63,567 nucleotides of DNA, filler included, from Thraustochytrium aureum (GCA_012862495.1; 4 parts of 3 records of this genome joined end to end with filler, not necessarily neighbours in it), one strand, 5' to 3'. Counted from the whole stretch's first letter, positions 1-12,447 are shown. Translations and numbers: made by a program. Notes: generated from the sequence alone by a model not told the origin.

Positions 1-207
1 GGTCTCGAACGCCAGCACGATTTTGCTGAACGACCAGTTGAGGGATGCGCGTGGGCGTCGTGTGCCAGTCTGCGCGTGGGCAGGGATGGAGCAGACCCCA
101 ATCAGCAACAGCCCAACAAAGCATCAACGAAGTCAAAAGCACAGGACAAGCCCAACATCTGCTGCAGAACGCCAAAGAGGATCAAGTATAGAAGAACTAG
201 CTTCACG

Positions 208-479
208 ATGAAGTCGTCAGCTCTGCTCGCCCTGGGCGTCGTCGCCGTCGCTGCAGCGGCCGCCAACGCCGGCGCAACGACCGACTGCGACTACCAATGC
301 CCCGAGTACTCTGTTCGCAAGCCGCACCGCCAGTGCTACAACAACTTTGACGACTGCGAGTGCGAGCACGGGTACTACAAGTGGGGCGGCGCGTGCAAGT
401 CGTACACGAAGACGGAGAATCCGACACACAAGCCCACGCACAAGCCGACGCACAAACCGACCTACAAGCCGACGCACAA
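208..479 (+). CDS. Secreted Cys-rich protein with KPTH (extensin/mucin-like) repeats; 5' part only, runs into a gap
   Basis: ATG at 208 gives a signal peptide (MKSSALLALGVVAVAAAAANAG), a six-Cys module (CDYQCPEYSVRKPHRQCYNNFDDCECEHGYYKWGGAC), then NPTH-KPTH-KPTH-KPTY-KPTH up to the N gap; strong GC3 codon bias. Confidence 0.75.
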
Positions 480-1430
480 NNNNNNNNNNNNNNNNNNNNN
501 NNNNNNNNNNNNNNNNNNNNNNNNNNNNNNNNNNNNNNNNNNNNNNNNNNNNNNNNNNNNNNNNNNNNNNNNNNNNNNNNNNNNNNNNNNNNNNNNNNNN
601 NNNNNNNNNNNNNNNNNNNNNNNNNNNNNNNNNNNNNNNNNNNNNNNNNNNNNNNNNNNNNNNNNNNNNNNNNNNNNNNNNNNNNNNNNNNNNNNNNNNN
701 NNNNNNNNNNNNNNNNNNNNNNNNNNNNNNNNNNNNNNNNNNNNNNNNNNNNNNNNNNNNNNNNNNNNNNNNNNNNNNNNNNNNNNNNNNNNNNNNNNNN
801 NNNNNNNNNNNNNNNNNNNNNNNNNNNNNNNNNNNNNNNNNNNNNNNNNNNNNNNNNNNNNNNNNNNNNNNNNNNNNNNNNNNNNNNNNNNNNNNNNNNN
901 NNNNNNNNNNNNNNNNNNNNNNNNNNNNNNNNNNNNNNNNNNNNNNNNNNNNNNNNNNNNNNNNNNNNNNNNNNNNNNNNNNNNNNNNNNNNNNNNNNNN
1001 NNNNNNNNNNNNNNNNNNNNNNNNNNNNNNNNNNNNNNNNNNNNNNNNNNNNNNNNNNNNNNNNNNNNNNNNNNNNNNNNNNNNNNNNNNNNNNNNNNNN
1101 NNNNNNNNNNNNNNNNNNNNNNNNNNNNNNNNNNNNNNNNNNNNNNNNNNNNNNNNNNNNNNNNNNNNNNNNNNNNNNNNNNNNNNNNNNNNNNNNNNNN
1201 NNNNNNNNNNNNNNNNNNNNNNNNNNNNNNNNNNNNNNNNNNNNNNNNNNNNNNNNNNNNNNNNNNNNNNNNNNNNNNNNNNNNNNNNNNNNNNNNNNNN
1301 NNNNNNNNNNNNNNNNNNNNNNNNNNNNNNNNNNNNNNNNNTCCAACGCCAACAGTATAGTGTATGACCAACTTGCGCCAGGCGCGCGATGCCAACGACG
1401 AGACGATAGAGCAACAAAATGCCAACTTAG

Positions 1431-4400
1431 CTAGCTAGAGTAAATAGACACGACCTGATCAATCGCACCGGCCGCGAGCATCATCTTGTAAGGATGGAAC
1501 GCGAGCGCCGAGACGGGCCCGATCCGCTGACGCAAGAAGCCGTCGTGGTACCTTATACTTGACAAGTTATCCCCGCTCGTGTTGAAGAGGTGAACAAAGT
1601 TGTGGTGCGAGCCGGAGGCGATGACGGGTGCAAATTCGTGGCAGGCGAACGCTGTCATAGGCGAACGCTGCGCTTCAAAAGCGAAAGCGGGACTCAATTT
1701 CCTCGGGCGAGGCCGCGGGGACGGATTTTCGGGGTCTGCATCTCGGCTCCTGTAGTACTCACCGAGCTGTTTGGCAAAGAGCCCAGACCCGTGGGAGAGC
1801 ATGCGAATGTCCCAGATGCGCACCTCCCCAGAAACAGACCCGCTGATCACCGTTCGCCCGTTCTGGCCCTGAGGCACCTGCACATTTACAATCCACGTTC
1901 GATGGTTTTGGCACACAGCCACGTTGTTGGCAATGCGCCCACCGGCTCGAACGCGCTTGTCAAAGACTCGAAGCGCGCCGTCCCCGCTTCCAACAATGAA
2001 AATCGAGCCGTCGTCTCCGCCGCCAGCCGAGCCTTGAAACCCAAAATCGATCTCGTCGCTTACCCCAAAGCCTCCGCGGCCGAGCGTTTGCCCGTACGTT
2101 GCAATGCTGGTGGTGCAGCTTCGTGACTGCGTGTCGATACGGCCCACCTCGCGCTCCGATGCGAGGTCCCAGACCGAAATCGACGAAATCTTGCCCCCGC
2201 AAAGAAGATGCCCGCAAGCCTGCTGAAAGCTCAAGACAAGTCCAGGACCAGCATTGTCGGCCTTGATCAACTCTGGCAGCGGTGTCCAAGCTGTGACGAG
2301 GCGAGCGCCACTGAGCCGGCCTTCCGTCCGCCGCTTTAGCACGTCGCGCCAAACGCGCACTTTGCCATCGTCCGAGCCGACAACCAACAATGGGTCGCTT
2401 GTCTCGTTCATCCACTGCATGGCTGTAATCCTGCCGCTTGCGCTACGTGCTCCAGGATCGCTCCCTGAGGTGCTCAAGGCTGTGCCGCTGCTCGAGTGGC
2501 CGGCCTCGGCCGATGCGGCGCGGTCCGTCAAGTCGGCGCCATCGTCGACCAGGGCGCCGTCAAGCCTGGCGCGACCGGAACCAGGAAGCGTCCGCTGAGT
2601 GGACTGCCCACCCCATGCCGCAGCAGCTGGCGCCCCAGCAACGTAGCTGGATGACACAGAGCCTGCACTGGCAGACTTGCACTGCGCATCGTTCGAAAAC
2701 CTGTTGACTAAGGCCTGCCCGTAAACTGACCCCGAAGCGCTGCACCCCCTCGTGTGGTGCTCAGGGAAGGCCCACACGGTGATGTCGTCATGCTGCCCGG
2801 CAACCAGAAGGGCGGGCTCAAACGGGTGAAACAGGACTTTCGAGCACATGTCTTGATCGTGCTCGAACAGGGCGTGTTGCTCGAGCTTGCTTTCGCGAGC
2901 AGCGGGTGCATCCATTCCAATCCCTGGGCCCTCCGTCCCAGGACGCGACACGCCGCCATCCGGCAATCGAAAAAACATGCCGGCGCCGCCCGGGGCTAGC
3001 TCAGCTGCAGCAGCGGCCGCAGCAGCTTCCGCGCCGGCTTCGAGGGCGCGGTCAAGGTCTATCTGGCCAAGACCAACACGCATGCGCGCCACCCAGGCCC
3101 TGTCGTTCAGCGCTAACGCGGCCCCGTCCGCTGCCCGCGGCCCTCCGCTAGCCGTTCAAACCGTTTCATGGCACGTGCACTCGGCTCGGGAACGACCGCC
3201 TTTCTTGCGCCACTACGCCCATCACGGAACGAGTCCACCAAGGGGACGTTCAGCCCACCCCCACTCTGCATGCCGCCGCCGCCGCCGCTGCCGCCCGACG
3301 TCGGGCTGCGTGGCACTGGCGAGTTGCCAGACTCAACCGAGGCGATCGAAGTCCCACGCCGGGAGGAACGTGACGCACGAGATGTGAGCCCTGAGGCCGT
3401 GATAGGAATTTCGCCCGGCATCGGCAGCTGAGAGTGCAGTCGCGATCTGGCGATTTTAGCTGACACTGCGCTGTGGAACAGGTCGGGTACCTTGGCCGAG
3501 TCGATGGCAACGCCCGCCCACGCGGACCCGAAATACTGGAGCGCCAACGCGCTCTGCGCCGCCTCCGCATTGCGCCGCTGCCAACGAAGAATCGTCTGCC
3601 CGTCCGAGCCGACCGGGTCAAGGGGCGGCTTGGCGCCTTCGACAGCGGCCCACGAACCTTGCGAGTCAAGTGGGGCCGGGCGCGAAAACTCCATGCTCCT
3701 GCGGACGTACAGCGTGCTCGCAAGTCCCATGCGTTCGATGAGGTCTTCTACCGCCTCCGCGGCAGTCGCTGCTGGAGGGGAGGAGTGAGAGGAGGCCGGN
3801 ACAGCTCCGTAGCCCTGCGCGTCCTGACTTAGGGAGGAAAGTGCTTGCACAGGCGCTGGGGCGGCCCCGTCGTTCATCACGGCTTGGCCAGGCCGAAGGC
3901 GCTCGCGCTGTTGTCGCAAGGCCGCCCGCGCATCGGTGATCGAGGTCGCGGTCTCCGCAGGTGCAGCACCGCCATTCCCAGCGGTGCTGGCTTGCTGTCC
4001 CTGTTGGCCCGCGGACGCGTCGATGCTGCCACCCTGGTGAACTCCAGCGTGCGACCGGATCGCATCGATCCGCTCTTGGACTCCGCGGCGCACGTGGACG
4101 GAAACGAACGAAGCGGTACGGCGAACTGCCGGGAACGCGTCTGCGGCATCTAAGCGCTTCAAGGCGAGCCAAACGCTCAGGTACGTTTCAGCATTTTCGC
4201 CCAGCATGCGCTCCAGCTTGGCCATCAGCTCGGTGTCGAACGACGTTTGAAACGCGGAGGCGCCTCCCTCGGCTTGGTGGTGTCGCATCTCGCCTAGTTC
4301 GTGCGCTGTTAGCTGCACCAAGCTCGCGTGCCGTGGGTCGACCACAAAGCGGCCCAAGGCGAGCACAAGCTCCCGGCGAACTGTCGGCGAGCCGTGCGTT

Positions 4401-7400
4401 AGCAGCTCAACGAGCCGAAGGGCGATGCGGCAGTCGCTGCGCTTGGCAACAAGCTCACTGTCGCGCACCTTTCGCGCGTCTTGCTGGCTCGATTGAGCCA
4501 TCATGTACATTTGCTGCTGCTGCTGGTTCGACCTCGCCATCCGCTGTTTCATGTGCTGCTGCTGCTGCTGCTGAAGCTGGTGGTGCGGATTGCCGAACGT
4601 GCCGCCTTGGTGACCGAACGGGGAAGGTCCGGCCGGGTGCGGCGCGCCGCGGCGCCGCGCCGAGGAATCCGGACCTGGCGCAGCGGCAACGTGCTGCGGG
4701 CCCATGAGCGACCCGAGGGCTAAAATCGCCGCCTGGACAACGTTGGTGTCAGAGTCGCCCAGAAGATGCATCAAGGCATCCGGGACCTCGGTCTCGCACG
4801 TCTGACGCCGGCCGGCCGGGTTGCGCTCGCAGAGCTTGGCCAGCAAGAGACAGAGCCACTCTTTGAGCCTGCGCAGCGCGGCGCACAGCTCCTCGCCGTA
4901 CTCGGGATGGCAAGTCGTCATCAGATGACGCCACACGATCGCAAGCAAGTCGGCCTGGAGGCACAGTTGCTGCCCCACGGCGTGGCCGTTGACGATCACG
5001 CTGAGCACGAATGCGGCCCGAACAGCATGGCCGACTTGCGCCACGAGCTTGACCTGCGAGGCGGAATCGATTGTTGGGTCGCGCGGAACGTCGAGCCACC
5101 GCAGCTGGTTGATAAAGTACAAGTGGCCTCCATCGGTCAGCCCACGCGAGCGGCTCCCTGGCCCACCTTGCTGCATGGCGACACTGGCTTCTTTGACCAG
5201 GTCACTCTGGCACGAGATGTCCAGTGCAAGGATCTTGCTCCAAATGTGCACGAGGACCGGACGGATTCGCTCGTCGGGGCTCAGCAACAGCTTGCTCACA
5301 TAAGGAAAGATGCCCACGGAGAGGGCAAGCGAGACGGCCCACGACCCAAGGTTGAGGAAACGGGCCAGCAAGTCTAGCGCGCGCTGCCGGTGAAACGAGC
5401 TCAGCAGCACCTGGAGAACGATTGGCAGTTGCTCAGGGACACGCCGCGACCGGACGTTTTCCCCAAAGGTGAGCCATACCTCGAAAGCCGTGAGCTNNNN
5501 NNNNNNNNNNNNNNNNNNNNNNNNNNNNNNNNNNNNNNNNNNNNNNNNNNNNNNNNNNNNNNNNNNNNNNNNNNNNNNNNNNNNNNNNNNNNNNNNNNNN
5601 NNNNNNNNNNNNNNNNNNNNNNNNNNNNNNNNNNNNNNNNNNNNNNNNNNNNNNNNNNNNNNNNNNNNNNNNNNNNNNNNNNNNNNNNNNNNNNNNNNNN
5701 NNNNNNNNNNNNCGGCTGGCCCAACTTTGTTCCGGAACGTCGTCGGAGCAGCTTGCCCTCTCACCGCGGTGTTCGTTCGCCCCGCAGTCGTTCCGTTCGC
5801 ATTCGCCGCACTCGCGGCGGCGTTGGCAGACCAGCGACTAGCCCCCTCGTCGCCGCCGTGGCGCTGTGGTACAAATGCGCGATGTGGGGGCTCGCGCTGC
5901 CCGCCAACGCGCGTCTCGTTGCCGGGTCGTACAGGACCGTTGTCCTGTGCCGATCCAGGCGGGGTGCCGATCGTCTTTGGCCTCTGCGGAGGCGCATTTG
6001 AGGTCTGGTGCGCTGGCATTGCTCCTCGCCGAGCCTGGCCCACTGGAGCAGCAGCTTGGTGGTGCTGTGCTGGCCCGACACGATGCGCACCGCCGTTGCC
6101 TCCGCCGTTCGCGTTGCCCTTCCCGAGCCCAGAGGGCGGCGGGTGCTCCGCGTGGTCTGGCGCGCGACCGGCTCGACGCGAGAGCGGCGTTCGCTGGTCG
6201 TTGCTGTGGAGCATAGGGACAAGTGCGGGAAGCTGCGTGAGACAGTTTTCCACAGCCATATCCCAGGCTTGCCACAGGTGGTGCTGCCAGGTTGAGGGCA
6301 GCGTGGGGTGCGACATTGGGTTGCAGTTGACAGACTTGAGGACACGCTCGGCGAGCAAAAAGTTGCGGAAGAGCGACGCGACGAGGATGTCTTGTCGGAA
6401 AAGCTTGCGGAACAGATGCCGCGGGAGCACCGTCCACGCAATCGTGTCCGTGATCGCCGTGAAAATCCAGTTGAGCTCGCCGAGGGGCGTTTTGCGGTCG
6501 CCCAGGCGGCCCGGGACCTGGTCGACCATTTCGACCGAGATGCCCAGCGCATCCATCGACGTGCGGTTGCACATGACAAACCACCGAAGAGCGATTTTGA
6601 TGGGCGTGGTCAGGCACGACGTGAAAATGTCGGCAGGAAAGTCCGGGCTGGAGGGCAAGATCTCGTTCGGGCCGCAGGCAAGCAAAACGATGCACTCGTT
6701 GGCTGCCTCTCGCCGACGAGCCGCCGCGGCGCGCTTGGCTGCGTCTGGCTGCAGTGGAACCTGGTCTGCGTCCTTTGTTTGTGCCTGGGCATGCGCGGCG
6801 GCCGCTTCTGCAGCGCTCTGGTCTTTGCTGACAAAGTGAGGGAGAAGGAGGCCGGCCCCGGAACAGTCAAATGTGTAAATTGCGGGGTAGCCCACCCAGG
6901 AGCGCAGGTCGTACACGCTGAGCGGAATGTACTGCGTGTAGTCTACGTTGAAAACCCAGATCTCCCCGTTCGGGGTGGGGCGCGGGACCCCATGTCCATT
7001 AAAGTGGAACAGCACGCGCTCCTCCTTCGCGTTGCGACGCATCGAGGTGCAGACCTTCTTGACCTGCTCCACGTAGGGGTCCAGCGTGTACTTGTAGTGC
7101 GCCCGGGACTGCCAGAGCTCGAACTGCGACTGGAGGTTGCGGGCCACTAGCTCTAGCGCCCGCGCAGGCTGGTATGCATTTGGGTCGACCCAGCTCTCGA
7201 GGCGGGCGCAGGGGTCGGTTTTGACTACGTCTGGCGGGTCTGTCCCGATGTTGAGGCAGATAACTAGAGCCACGCTGAAGGTCTTCATGCGTTCTCTCAG
7301 CCGCCACGAGGACGGGGCCAGAGCCAAGGCGTAGTCGTCTAGACGCTCCTTTATCTCTTCCTCGAGGAGGCTGAGCAGCCGCTTGTCGCGGATCCGCTTG

Positions 7401-7657
7401 TGGACGTCAAACCTAGGGGGGACTAGCCGAGCGCGCAGGCCCAGCTTGTGCTGAACCTCGTCCAAGATCCTGTGCACATGCGCGTTTAGCAGCTGCACTT
7501 TCAAGTCCTCGCCGAGCACGTACTCGCCGTTTGCCACGCGCCAGTCGTGATTGCGCTGGTCCAGCAGGAGCGTCGCATCGAGCACGGCCTTCGCGCTCCT
7601 GCGTCCCCTCTCGTCACGCTCGCCCTCTTCCGCGCCGCGCCCGCCGAGTGCCACCAT
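1431..7657 (-). CDS. RPTOR: Regulatory-associated protein of TOR (RAPTOR/KOG1); one frame break near 3113-3155, internal gap 5497-5712
   Basis: RNC domain ([104 protein letters not shown]), HEAT region ([13 protein letters not shown]...[14 protein letters not shown]) and C-terminal WD40 ending [31 protein letters not shown]. Likely start Met at 7657. Confidence 0.97.
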
Positions 7658-7900
7658 CGCGTCGTCGTCGCGAAAAGGAAAGGAAAAAAACCCACAAACA
7701 AGGACCAAACTGGGCCCAAGCAGCGCAGGCCAGACCAAGGCCGCCAGGTCAATAGCTGAGCGGGCAGGCGAAGACGACGACGACGAAGACGCCGACGAGG
7801 CGCCGCGGCGAACGCACCGAGCACCGCACGCCGCTCGCGCGCGCCGGCTTGGCGACTGGCCTTCCCAACTACTTACTACTCTGCCAGTGCTACACGAAAG

Positions 7901-8167
7901 CTCCAAAGAGCAAAGAGCAGTTCTTCAAGGAACAGTCCTCTTTAGAAATAAGGAACAGTTCCTCTAAAATAAGGAGCAGCTCCTCTAAACATAAGGAGCA
8001 GTTCCTCTATAAATAAGGAGCAGTTCCTCTAAACATAAGGAACAGTTCCTCTACTAATAAGGAACAGTTCCTCTACTTATAAGGAACCGCTCCTCTACTT
8101 ATAGGGAACAGTTCCTCTTTAAAAGAAGTAAAGAACAGCTCCTCCAAAGAGCAAAGAGCAGCTCTTC
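7901..8167. repeat. AT-rich tandem array of ~22-bp palindromic units (ATAAGGARCAGYTCCTCTA..) flanked by 26-bp direct repeats
   Basis: About 9-10 units read directly from 7926-8143; flanks CTCCAAAGAGCAAAGAGCAG(T/C)TCTTC at 7901-7926 and 8142-8167 with 1 mismatch. Confidence 0.9.
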
Positions 8168-8890
8168 GTCTGAGGTCAGCGAGCGACGTGACAAGGGCGG
8201 CATTGCGACACACGGCCCGCACCGGGCGACGGCCGCCGCCGCTGACCGTTACAATGCCGCAAGTGGCTCAGACGCACGAGCGACTTGAGCAGTCCGCTGT
8301 CGCGCGGGGCTTGGCGTTGGACTTCAGACGACGCGCGCGCTGCTATTGGCGTTGAACGCCGCAAGCGACTGGAGCCGTCAAGCGCCGTGTTGCTCTTGGC
8401 NNNNNNNNNNNNNNNNNNNNNNNNNNNNNNNNNNNNNNNNNNNNNNNNNNNNNNNNNNNNNNNNNNNNNNNNNNNNNNNNNNNNNNNNNNNNNNNNNNNN
8501 NNNNNNNNNNNNNNNNNNNNNNNNNNNNNNNNNNNNNNNNNNNNNNNNNNNNNNNNNNNNNNNNNNNNNNNNNNNNNNNNNNNNNNNNNNNNNNNNNNNN
8601 NNNNNNNNNNNNNNNNNNNNNNNNNNNNNNNNNNNNNNNNNNNNNNNNNNCAAGAAGGGCTTGGAGCAGCCAAAGCCGCGCCAGCGACTCGGAGTAGTCT
8701 GGTGTTGTGTCGCTCCGGGCGTCGGGCCACGGTCCAAGTACAAGCGAGTTGAAGTGACTCAAGCAGAGCTTCGTGCCGCTCTGGGCGTTGGACATCTGAA
8801 TTCTGACGACGCACGAGCGGCCTGGCGTGGCAGGGAGGTAGGGAGCTGGAGCTCCACGACTGCGCAGCAGCGTCGCGCTGAAGAGCGGGG

Positions 8891-10559
8891 ATGGCGGTCA
8901 AGTCGGAGAAGAAGCTCGTCGAAAGGTATCTTGCCGAGCACGAGCTCGAGAAGGTCGTGAACGAAGTGCTGAATGTGTGCCTGCGGGAGCGGCCAACCGA
9001 CCCGTTCGCGCAGATCAGCGCGCTGCTGAAGGACAAGTCGCGCGCGGGCCGCGGCATCACGGGCGTGGTTGGACGACTTGTATGGGACTGCGACGGGGCT
9101 GAAGCGTACGAGGTGGAAGTTCGGACGGACGGAGGGGCCTACTTGGCACAAGTGAGTAAGGCCGCGATCGACACGGGCGACCTGAAGAGTATTAGCGGCG
9201 ACCTGTTCGTGCAGGTCGCAGCCTCTACGCTTTCAAAAGGGTTGACGGGCAAAGACCCAACCGATGTAGAGGAGGTCGACCAAGCTCTCCTTGCTCTAGA
9301 CGATTCGGAGGACAAGTCTTCCGTGGGTGTCAACACGCTCTTCTGTGCGTCAATGGCGGTGTGCCGCGCTGGCGCTGCGGCGCGTGACTTGGAACTCCAT
9401 ACATTCTTGGCGCAGCTGGCAGGGCGCAAGGAGTATTGCATACCTGTCCCGTGGATTGTGTGCACCGAGCTGGAGAACGAGGAGGTTGGGGCTCGTTCCC
9501 GTCGGGTGCGAGACGTTTGAGCAAGCCACGCGGTCCTGCAGCCGGGTTGTTGACGCTGTCGCGGCTCGGTGGCCGCCAGGAGGCGGCGAACCACTCGACC
9601 TGCACGAGGCAGTGCAGGTCGTCAGGGACGTGCTTGCCGAGCTTGAGCTCGAGGACTCTATCCGCCTCGCGATTTCGGTGCGTGAGCCAGACCGTGGCGA
9701 GGGGGAACGAGCAGAGCACGATCCTGCTGCAAACGCGAGCGAAGAAAAGGCTCTCGAGGAGCCGGCAAAAGGAAAAGCCGGCAAGGACAAGGCCAAGAAG
9801 GACAAAGAAAAAGACACCAAAGAGTCCAAGTCTGCGGCCCAAGACCCTGCGCCAACAGAAGCCGCGGCAACCTTTGACCGAAGCAGTACGCGAGCCGCCG
9901 TGCTGGAGCTCTTGGCCGACGACGCGTCACGGGAGTCCATCGTGATTGTTGAAAACATTTTCAATGTCGACCAAGCCCGAGAAATGGAGCGGTTCGTTGA
10001 GGACCACGGCGAGACCGTAGTCTTGTTCAACGATGTTGACGAAGAGGCGTCTGCAGCCGCCGCTCTACGCAGAGCGCAAAGCGAGCAAGACGAAGACCAC
10101 GATAGCGGAAGCGCAGAGGCCAAGTCCGCTGGCGCTGAGACGGGTGACGAAGGCAAAGGCAGCGACGACGCTGGGCGTCCCGGGTCTGCGGCGAGCGGCG
10201 ACGGCCAAGACGAGGCGAACGGCGAGGAGGAGGTCGGGGAGGGCTTGCCACCCTGCAACGGGGATCGTATCGTCGTGGGTGCACCATTTGGAGACATTTG
10301 CACGGTGAGCGCACTTATTCAAGAGTGCGACATGAGCACCGCGCAAGGACAGGCGCTGGCGCTTGTTTGGGAGCAGTCCCACGGCGTGCTTGACACTTTT
10401 GCAGCCGACTTTGCGGTGGCTGTAGGGGCCGGTCTGGTAAAGGTTGGCAGTTTGCAGAGCGGCGCCAACGCGGCCAAGGTAAATGCCCTCATCAGGCTGG
10501 AGCAGCGGCTGGCTTCAGAGGCCTTTTACGCGGGAGGGCGGTTCCGCTGCCCGTTCTAG
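8891..10559 (+). CDS. Enolase-like protein (ENO4-like, probably catalytically inactive) with N-terminal docking-type helical domain; frame break near 9480-9500
   Basis: Enolase N-domain (ITGVVGRLVWDCDGAEAYEVEVRT; GKDPTDVEEVDQALLALDDSEDKSSVGVNTLFCASMAVCRAGAA; IPVP) and enolase C-terminus (DTFAADFAVAVGAGLVKVGSLQSGANAAKVNALIRLEQRLASEAFYAGGRFRCPF); the HRSGETED motif is absent. Confidence 0.85.
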
Positions 10560-11068
10560 CTCTCTCTCTAGTAGAGCTAGCTCTAGCTAGNNNNNNNNNN
10601 NNNNNNNNNNNNNNNNNNNNNNNNNNNNNNNNNNNNNNNNNNNNNNNNNNNNNNNNNNNNNNNNNNNNNNNNNNNNNNNNNNNNNNNNNNNNNNNNNNNN
10701 NNNNNNNNNNNNNNNNNNNNNNNNNNNNNNNNNNNNNNNNNNNNNNNNNNNNNNNNNNNNNNNNNNNNNNNNNNNNNNNNNNNNNNNNNNNNNNNNNNNN
10801 NNNNNNNNNNCTAGCTCTAGCTAGAGCGCAGAGAGAGAGAGGGGGGGAGAGAAAGGGCAAGCCATCTCTCGAGGTCGCATGACCTTGCCCAGGCCAAAAG
10901 ATTGCGGACCCCGCGCGTCCAGCGCGATGGTGTTTGAAAACTTCACAAAACAGAAACAACAAGCACACCCAAGCCGATTTACCGATCCCAATCATCCACC
11001 AACGCTCGCAGCTTCCACTCGACATGGCCTTCCGGTGGGCCCACAAAGGGCTAGGCGCCTTGCCTTGT

Positions 11069-12447
11069 TCACGCAAACCGCCGCCGCTTGTCAAGGTCCG
11101 GCCTGTGCTTAGAGGCCGGCTCTCCGACGGACACGACACGAATCTTCTCAAAGGCAGGCGAGGCGACCCACTCGGCAAGGTCTTGGCTCATCTTTCCAAC
11201 TGAAGGCGGGGTTGGAGCCTCACGCGCGCGCTTCGTCTCGCATGAAGCCTGAGGTGCAGCGACCCTTGCGCGGCGTTCGTGCGAGGGCAGGGGCTTGGTT
11301 TTGCGAAACAAAGCAATGAAGAATCCACCAGTGTCGCTGTCACTCGGCATGACGCGCACGCAGCGACACAAGGCGCGCCTCAATTCCTCCTTTGCAGGCG
11401 GCCACATTGAGGGCCTGAATCGATGGCGGCAGGACCGCGGTTTTGAGCGAGCGCGGGCCTGAGCAAAACTCCGAAAGACCATCCCCGTATCGTCGACAAT
11501 GTCCCAGTCTGCCAGCCCGGCTCGCACTGGGAGACCGCGTTCGCCAAAGTGAGCATGGATATCCACGAGTTCGACCGCGCCCTGGCAGCGGTCCAGGAGC
11601 GCAGCAACAACGGCCTCGTCTTCGACGGGGTTGAAGGAGCACGTGGAGTAGACCATGAGGCCATTGGTTGCAAGGAGCGCGAGGCCCCGCATGGCAATCT
11701 GGATCTGGGACGAGTGCAAGTTGAGGCCATAGTGCGGCACCCAATGGGCCCAGAGGCCTGGGTTTTTTCGCAGCGTCCCGTCTCCGCTGCAGGGCACGTC
11801 GCAGACGATGCGGTCGAATCCCCTCTCGTCAAGCCGCGGGAGTGTTTTGCCATTGTGGTTGACCACGGCGACCATCTGGTTTGCGCGCGCCCCAAGGCCG
11901 CGCAACGGTGAGTGAGGATGTGTGCACGGCGCGCATCGAGCTCGTTCGCGACGACCATCCCGCGCAGCGTTTGCTCGTTGTTCACGAAGAGGGCGTCAAG
12001 CGCTTGGGCCGTTTTCGAGCCCGGGGAGGCGCACACGTCTAGGACGCGGTGGCCCGGTCTGACGTCAAGTACGGTTAGCGGGAGCATGCTGACAGCCTCT
12101 TGGCGCTCGACGCGGCCTGCGCGAGCTTGTTCGGCAAGCCAGGAGCGCCACTCGTGCAGCGGCGAGCCGCGAAAGCACTGCTTTATCTCGAGGACGTCGC
12201 CGAGGAGCAGTTGCCAGCCGTCGCACCAATCGAGTCGGCGAACGTCGTTTGGAAACTTGCGCAGGTAGGCGCTCGTTTCCTTTGCGCCTGGCACGCTCCT
12301 GTTGACTCTGAACGTGACAGGAAGGCTCTTGCGCAGGTACTGGACCTCGTGCGCAAACTCTTGCTCGCCGAAGATGCGCGAGTAGTACGCCGTGAACAGC
12401 TCTTCGCTGCTGGCGGCCAGTTTCGGCACAACACGATCGCGAGCCAT
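11069..12447 (-). CDS. RNA cytosine-C5 methyltransferase, NSUN2/Trm4 (NOL1/NOP2/Sun) family; frame break near 11900
   Basis: Motifs RQEAVSMLP, RVLDVCASPGSKTAQ, VVANELDARRA, FDRIVCDVPCSGDG, MVYSTCSFNPVEDEAVV and TGGFFIALFRK. Start MARDRVVPK at 12447 is inferred; the exact 3' end is uncertain. Confidence 0.92.

Noticed and set aside
7926..8143. CRISPR array
   Set aside because: The palindromic units are directly adjacent with only 2-4 variable bases, there are no unique spacers and no cas genes, and the context is eukaryotic.
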